Assembly (NCBI GenBank): GCA_964229335.1
Contig: CAXRCZ010000007.1
Span: 32,001 to 96,000 of the forward strand
Source of the DNA: Minisyncoccia bacterium
Lineage (GTDB): Bacteria; Patescibacteriota; Minisyncoccia; Phycocordibacterales; UBA918
Length of the DNA: 64,000 bases
Direction: 5' to 3'
The first letter of the stretch is position 1; each line of letters begins with the position of its first letter. The notes under the pieces were generated by a model. It ran no database searches, was not told where the DNA came from, and saw only the letters and a program-made list of their open reading frames with translations. Shown here piece by piece: positions 58,853 to 64,000 of the stretch. The translations under genes were made by a program, and so were the position numbers.

Positions 58853-58925
58853 TGTCCGGTACAAGACTTGAACTTGTGACCTCTACAATGTCAATGTAGC
58901 GCTCTACCAGCTGAGCTAACCGGAC
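58853..58925 (-). tRNA. tRNA-Val(GAC) (mirror)
   Basis: Mirror of 3792..3864. Confidence 0.96.
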
Positions 58926-58950
58926 AAATAGGTGGCTATTAGTATACTTA

Positions 58951-59853
58951 TTATCTGAACAAAGCCAAACCTTCTTCGATTGCCTCGTCAGCACGACGAT
59001 TTTTTAAATATTCTGATTGTTCAACCTTTCTTTCAGAGTCCAGTTTATCCGCGATACTCCTCACGAAATCTAATGAACGCTGAAGATGCTTTGCAGCAGC
59101 TGGATTTTTCTCGTTGGCATACTCGATGAAAGTAGTCAGCTGCTCTACAATTTCTAAAATTGTGACGTGCTTAGATATGTGGTCATGTAGAGCATCAGCG
59201 TCTTTCAGTCTGGTCATGTCACGCAACATTGGCAAATCAACAGCCACTACTGCACGAGCCATACTGTGCAGCTCACCTCTAACACCCGTGTTTTCGGAAG
59301 AAAAGTATTTAACCACTGCCAATCTATTGTCCTTGCCGTCGTAGGCATCTATCTCATCTTTAATTCGTCTAAATTTAGCAAGCACATCTTTTGAGAAGGT
59401 TACATCAACACCTAGTCCAAGGTGACCATATGAGTTTCCTTCTAGTGTTTCAAGAACGATATCAACGCCATTTTTGATATCGTCATACTCAGACGTCTTG
59501 TGTGCTCCCATACCTTCAAACCAGTGTCCGGCATTAATCCCTCGAATCACTTCATATTCTACTCGCTCAGCTAGTTTCCTGATGTCGCCGCGTGTTAAAT
59601 CTTCTGTAACAGCTACTCGATCACTGTCCCGGAAATCTTCATGACGGTTTCTTACATACCTAAGGTCATCTTTGATACTGTCGGCGCCATAGAGGTTAGA
59701 AAAATCTTCTGGTTGAAATGCTAATTCATTGAGTATCTGATGAACATGTTCCGAATTTCTCAATAGTTTATCGGCTGCTTCTTGTATATCATCAGTTCGC
59801 TTTCTTCTATCTAGATTTCTTATAGCCGCTTGTTCTGGGTTCATATTTATCAA
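58951..59853 (-). CDS. Hypothetical protein, possible nuclease-like fold (mirror)
   Basis: Mirror of 2864..3766. Confidence 0.75.
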   Translation of the reverse strand: MINMNPEQAAIRNLDRRKRTDDIQEAADKLLRNSEHVHQILNELAFQPEDFSNLYGADSIKDDLRYVRNRHEDFRDSDRVAVTEDLTRGDIRKLAERVEYEVIRGINAGHWFEGMGAHKTSEYDDIKNGVDIVLETLEGNSYGHLGLGVDVTFSKDVLAKFRRIKDEIDAYDGKDNRLAVVKYFSSENTGVRGELHSMARAVVAVDLPMLRDMTRLKDADALHDHISKHVTILEIVEQLTTFIEYANEKNPAAAKHLQRSLDFVRSIADKLDSERKVEQSEYLKNRRADEAIEEGLALFR

Positions 59854-59908
59854 GATACATCAATTAGCATCAAATGTCGTGTAATAATGTTAAAATCATC
59901 AAATTATT

Positions 59909-61687
59909 ATGGCTCAAATCAAGCAACAACGAGACATTCCAAAAACCCCACTAAGCTATGGCTTATACATCCTTAGGCCATTTCGATATATCGCCTTACT
60001 TTCGCTGGCCTGGGTTGTAATTGCTCAACTGTTGGGATTGGCTGTGCCATACACTTTAAAACTTATTGTAGACAATGCGCTTATAGCCGAAACTTCCGAG
60101 CAACAACAATTGGTATTTTGGCTAGTCATGGCAGTGCCGGTTTTAATCGGATTTGAGTCAATGTTTTGGCGTTTGAGTGGATTCACCGGGATGCGTTGGA
60201 TTACCAGGTTACAAGCCAGATCCTACCGAGTTTTATACCGCCATGTAGTGCAACATAGCCACACATATTTTGCCAATCGTTTTGCAGGTTCGGTTTCGAG
60301 TAAAGTCTCAAACGCCTCTGATGGGATTACTGATCTTTCAGACCAGATTCTTTGGCGTCATGTACCAACACTTCTTAGTTTTGTTTTTTCTGGTTTTTTG
60401 ATTTTTACAACCCACGTGATAGCCGGGAGTGTCTTCACTGTTATGCTGTTGATTCTGGTACCACTGAATGTATATTTGGCTCGAATACGTAGACCTCACG
60501 TAGTCTCCTGGGCAGAGAAAAAGACTAAGCTCAAAGGTTATACCGTTGACCTATTAACTAATATTGCTGCCACACGACAATACACTCGCAGTACAAGTGA
60601 GCTAGAAGATGTGTCAGCTCATGCCGACGACGTAAGAAGTGCAGATTTGAAACAGTGGAGTATTAGTGAATGGATTCTTGTTGCTAATGGGGTTGTCATC
60701 ACGGTTGGTATATTTCTCATGATGCTTGTTTTAGTATTGAACTGGCAAGCCGGTAATGTTACTACCGGAGATTTTGTCTTAGTTTCAGCTCTGGTTTTTA
60801 ATCTTGTTGGTACCCTTACTTTTATCGGAGGCTCTATCAATCAATTTGTAAGATTATACGGAGAAATTCAAGAAGGTTTGGAGCAAACATTATTACCAAT
60901 CGAAATAGAAGATGATCCAAGAGCCCGGTCTCTTAAAATTGATAGGGCAGATATCTCATGGGACTATGTTTCGTTTGATTATGAAGGCGTGCCGGTCTTT
61001 AAAGATTTTAATCTTAAGATACCAGCGGGCCAGAGACTAGGTTTAGTGGGGCATTCGGGAGCTGGAAAGACGACTTTTGTTTCGCTCCTATTACGTCAGC
61101 ACGATGTCAGCGCAGGTTCAATCAATATCGACAGTCATAACATAGCTATAGTGACTCAAGATTCACTCCGAGAGCATATTGCGGTAGTACCACAGGAGCC
61201 ACTTCTGTTCCATCGCTCTATTAGAGACAACATTGCGTATGGCAAGCCTGGTGCTACTGAGGTAGAAATCATCGCAGTTGCGAAAAAAGCTCAAGCTCAC
61301 AACTTCATTACTACTTTGCCGAATGGCTATGAGACATTGGTTGGGGAGAGAGGAGTGAAGCTTTCGGGTGGTCAAAAACAGCGTGTTGCCATTGCTAGAG
61401 CTATGTTAAAAGATGCACCGATATTAGTTCTTGATGAAGCGACTTCAGCCCTCGATAGTGAAAGTGAAGTGGCAATTCAAAAGGCATTAGAAGAATTGAT
61501 GGAAGGAAAAACTGTAATTGCAGTAGCTCACCGACTTTCTACTTTGCGTAAAATGGATCGAATCATTGTGCTCGAAGAAGGGCAGATTGTTGAAGATGGT
61601 ACGCATGAAGAACTCTCACAGCAGGGTGGTATCTACCAAAGACTCTGGGAGCATCAGGCCGGAGGATTTCTCACCGATGAAGAGTAG
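59909..61687 (+). CDS. ABC transporter permease/ATP-binding protein (mirror)
   Basis: Mirror of 1030..2808. Confidence 0.95.
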   Translation: MAQIKQQRDIPKTPLSYGLYILRPFRYIALLSLAWVVIAQLLGLAVPYTLKLIVDNALIAETSEQQQLVFWLVMAVPVLIGFESMFWRLSGFTGMRWITRLQARSYRVLYRHVVQHSHTYFANRFAGSVSSKVSNASDGITDLSDQILWRHVPTLLSFVFSGFLIFTTHVIAGSVFTVMLLILVPLNVYLARIRRPHVVSWAEKKTKLKGYTVDLLTNIAATRQYTRSTSELEDVSAHADDVRSADLKQWSISEWILVANGVVITVGIFLMMLVLVLNWQAGNVTTGDFVLVSALVFNLVGTLTFIGGSINQFVRLYGEIQEGLEQTLLPIEIEDDPRARSLKIDRADISWDYVSFDYEGVPVFKDFNLKIPAGQRLGLVGHSGAGKTTFVSLLLRQHDVSAGSINIDSHNIAIVTQDSLREHIAVVPQEPLLFHRSIRDNIAYGKPGATEVEIIAVAKKAQAHNFITTLPNGYETLVGERGVKLSGGQKQRVAIARAMLKDAPILVLDEATSALDSESEVAIQKALEELMEGKTVIAVAHRLSTLRKMDRIIVLEEGQIVEDGTHEELSQQGGIYQRLWEHQAGGFLTDEE

Positions 61688-61833
61688 TTAGAGAGGCGAC
61701 CAATTGGTCGCCTCTATCTGTACAGCCTTAAATTTAGGTGTTATTGTAGCGCCTTCACCGGATGTGAATGAAGAAGTATCCGGACGGATGCCTGTTCTTT
61801 CACATTCACACACTATCTACAAAGGAGGCTTAA

Positions 61834-63015
61834 TTGTCTGCTCAAATAAATGAAAATGTTCCGCTGCCGATTCAGTGGCTCACCAACCACCTTCCGTGGA
61901 TGATTACGTGGGGTCCTGCAGGATTCATTCTGGCAAACATCGGCGTAGTCGTGCTCGGCTGGTCGCACTTGTACCACGACATTGTTCATGGGGTGCTGAA
62001 TTTCGGTCTGACGATGGGGTCAGTCACTATATCGGGTCAACCGGATGTGCACTTTTTCGTCAATGACTTTCTCATGATGTTCTTCTTCCTCGTCGTGGGG
62101 ACAGAAGTCAGACGTGAGCTCAGTCAGTTTCCGAGTGTGTCGAGTGCATCAGTGCCGTTCATCGCAGCTGCTGGTGGCGTCTGCTTGCCAGCAATTCTGT
62201 CGGCGGTGATCGCTCCCGACTACGCCTCGACTATCTTCGGCATTCCGATGGCGACTGATATTGCGTTTGCGCTTCTCTTCGCCGAGGTGTTGAAAGTCGA
62301 CAAGACGCAACGAACTATCCTGCTGCTCTTGGCGGTGGTGGATGATGTTTTCGGCATTCTCGTCATCGCGGTGTTCTACACCGACCAGATCGACCTGACC
62401 TTTTTGCTGTACGGCATACTGGTTTCGGTCGTTCTGCTCTGGCTCGGCTTCGGACCGAAAACTCCCTACAAAGGCATTTACCTCATTGGGGCACTACTCC
62501 TCTGGTATCTGTTTTATAAGGCGGGTATTCATCCGACCTTGGCGGGTGTCGTCGCTGGGGTAGCGGCTCCGTTTGATGAATCTGGAGAATCAACTTCAGA
62601 GCGCATCGAACGGGTGTTTGCAACCTGGTTTCTGCCAACCATCCTCGGCTTGTTTGCGTTCGTTAATCTCGGTATAAACGTACGCGAGTTGGTCGAGTCA
62701 GGCATCCAAGCTGACGTGGCCAGCGGTGTTGCAATCGGTCTTTTTGTCGGCAAGATTGCAGGCGTGGCTGGTGCACTCTGGCTCATCCAACGTCGCAACC
62801 CAGACGCAATCCCGTTCGGCAAACTGGCTATGGCCAGACTTGGAGCTTTGGCTGGGATTGGACTAACAGTCGCTCTGTTCATCAACAATCTGGCTTTCAA
62901 CGATGAAAAATTGATTGCCAGTGCCAAGGTGGGTATTTTGACTGGGAGTTTCCTAGCAGTGCTAGCAGCCTGGGTCTTGACGATTGTTATCAATAGGCAA
63001 GAAGCGAAAGTGTGA
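61834..63015 (+). CDS. nhaA: Na+/H+ antiporter NhaA (complete copy)
   Basis: VNDFLMMFFFLVVG.E, PMATDIAFA, LAVVDD, GIHPTLAGV, VGK and LAGIGLT motifs; AAGGAGG before a TTG start. Confidence 0.92.
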   Translation: MSAQINENVPLPIQWLTNHLPWMITWGPAGFILANIGVVVLGWSHLYHDIVHGVLNFGLTMGSVTISGQPDVHFFVNDFLMMFFFLVVGTEVRRELSQFPSVSSASVPFIAAAGGVCLPAILSAVIAPDYASTIFGIPMATDIAFALLFAEVLKVDKTQRTILLLLAVVDDVFGILVIAVFYTDQIDLTFLLYGILVSVVLLWLGFGPKTPYKGIYLIGALLLWYLFYKAGIHPTLAGVVAGVAAPFDESGESTSERIERVFATWFLPTILGLFAFVNLGINVRELVESGIQADVASGVAIGLFVGKIAGVAGALWLIQRRNPDAIPFGKLAMARLGALAGIGLTVALFINNLAFNDEKLIASAKVGILTGSFLAVLAAWVLTIVINRQEAKV

Positions 63016-63104
63016 ATGAAAGGGCGGGGGACTGAATATCCTCCGCCTTTTTGTATAAAATTAGTATAATTTGTACAATAATATATATTTGTTATAATTA
63101 GAGC

Positions 63105-63650
63105 ATGTCTACAAAAATCAATCATTCAAACTTAAACAACACCTTGGTAGCAGTGTCTGCCAAGGAACACGGAAAATTATTTCAAATTAAAGATAATCAG
63201 CTACATCTTCTTGATTATGTAGCTGAACATCCGCCGACTCACAGTGATGACGAAGGGTTCTTTTGGAGCTCAAGTGATGGTGAAAACCTTGGTTCCGGTT
63301 ATCCTAAAGAAACTGACGACAAACGAAACCTGGACCGCTACCTCAACGCTATTGGTGGGGAGCTGAGTGAAGCGGTCAAGAAGATTAATCCGGACAAGAT
63401 ACTGGTCTTAGAACCAGAACACTACAAAGGATTAATCGAAGAAAACTTAATCAATCCAGACCATATTCCAGTAGAAATCATTGAATACGGAAATTTTGTC
63501 GAACACTCAGTCGATGATATTGCTGAATTAATTAACGAACATTATCAAGAAGATCTTGACCCAGCTGATCCAGCTTCAGTGGCTGGAGAAGAAAATGCTG
63601 AAGAGAAACGCAAGATATTAGAGACAGCTCAATTACGATATTCTAACTAA
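63105..63650 (+). CDS. Host-attachment / baeRF-like (release factor fold) protein
   Basis: 181 aa; N-terminal LVAVS...KLFQ strands, SDDEG..SS.G loop, KILVLEP. Family assigned by eye. Confidence 0.6.
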   Translation: MSTKINHSNLNNTLVAVSAKEHGKLFQIKDNQLHLLDYVAEHPPTHSDDEGFFWSSSDGENLGSGYPKETDDKRNLDRYLNAIGGELSEAVKKINPDKILVLEPEHYKGLIEENLINPDHIPVEIIEYGNFVEHSVDDIAELINEHYQEDLDPADPASVAGEENAEEKRKILETAQLRYSN

Positions 63651-63665
63651 TCAAATAAATAATAT

Positions 63666-64000
63666 ATGTCAAAAATTGCTATTGTTGCTACCAACGGGTT
63701 TGAGTACTCAGAACTTACAAAACCAAAAGAATCATTAGAAGAAGCCGGACACGAAGTAACAGTATTATCGATTGAAGAAGGAGAAATTCAAGCAGCTCAT
63801 GATGCCGGCTCAGTCACTGTGAATCAGTTGATTGAGGGTAGTGATGCCAATGACTACGATGGCGTGGTGTTGCCAGGGGGAGTGGCCAACCCTGATATAC
63901 TGCGCACTCACAGCCACGCAGTTGCGTTTATTCGTCATTTTATTGACGCCAATAAGCCAGTCGCTGCCATTTGTCATGGTCCCTGGACATTAATCGAAGC
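63666..64000 (+). CDS. PfpI/DJ-1 family protein (partial, runs off the window edge)
   Basis: Manual translation: MSKIAIVATNGFEYSEL...YDGVVLPGG...KPVAAICHGPW. Confidence 0.92.
   Translation, partial: MSKIAIVATNGFEYSELTKPKESLEEAGHEVTVLSIEEGEIQAAHDAGSVTVNQLIEGSDANDYDGVVLPGGVANPDILRTHSHAVAFIRHFIDANKPVAAICHGPWTLIE

Larger units (their letters stand above)
1..62716. repeat. Giant loopless inverted repeat, arms at least 31,358 bp, axis between 31358 and 31359
   Basis: ORFs pair up with identical translations at coordinates summing to 62717 (e.g. 1030..2808 and 59909..61687). Bases 1-16 are the reverse complement of 62701-62716. The centre reads TTTGGTAC|GTACCAAA. Confidence 0.99.

Noticed and set aside
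1-62716. True evolutionary duplication giving two copies of valS, lepA, tsaD, rnpB and others
   Set aside because: No spacer and no visible divergence. A stable dsDNA palindrome of this size is implausible, so the genes should be counted once.

Overview
Chromosomal DNA from a small-genome bacterium. The gene set and style (short ValS, MYG1, PrsW, DUF192, MurJ, LepA, TypA, many leaderless genes) suggest Patescibacteria/CPR, probably Parcubacteria; this is inference. The standard genetic code is used. The dominant feature is that bases 1-62716 form one loopless inverted repeat: position x mirrors 62717-x, with the axis between 31358 and 31359 (...TTTGGTAC|GTACCAAA...). About 34 protein genes, 4 tRNAs and RNase P RNA therefore each appear twice; only 62717-64000 has no mirror inside the window. 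The axis is intergenic, carries three GTACGTAC octamers at 12-bp spacing and lies 32 bp from a duplicated tRNA-Gln 5' end. It is either an unfolded covalently closed hairpin telomere of a linear chromosome or a fold-back artefact; the sequence alone cannot decide. Other observations: a small element built from inverted and direct copies of the tRNA 3' end downstream of three different tRNAs; a cassette-like array of small genes bounded by 30-bp att-like repeats beside tRNA-Gln; a candidate 6S-like RNA; a stand-alone FtsK-gamma-like protein; an asparaginase homologue lacking catalytic motifs; and widespread leaderless promoters.
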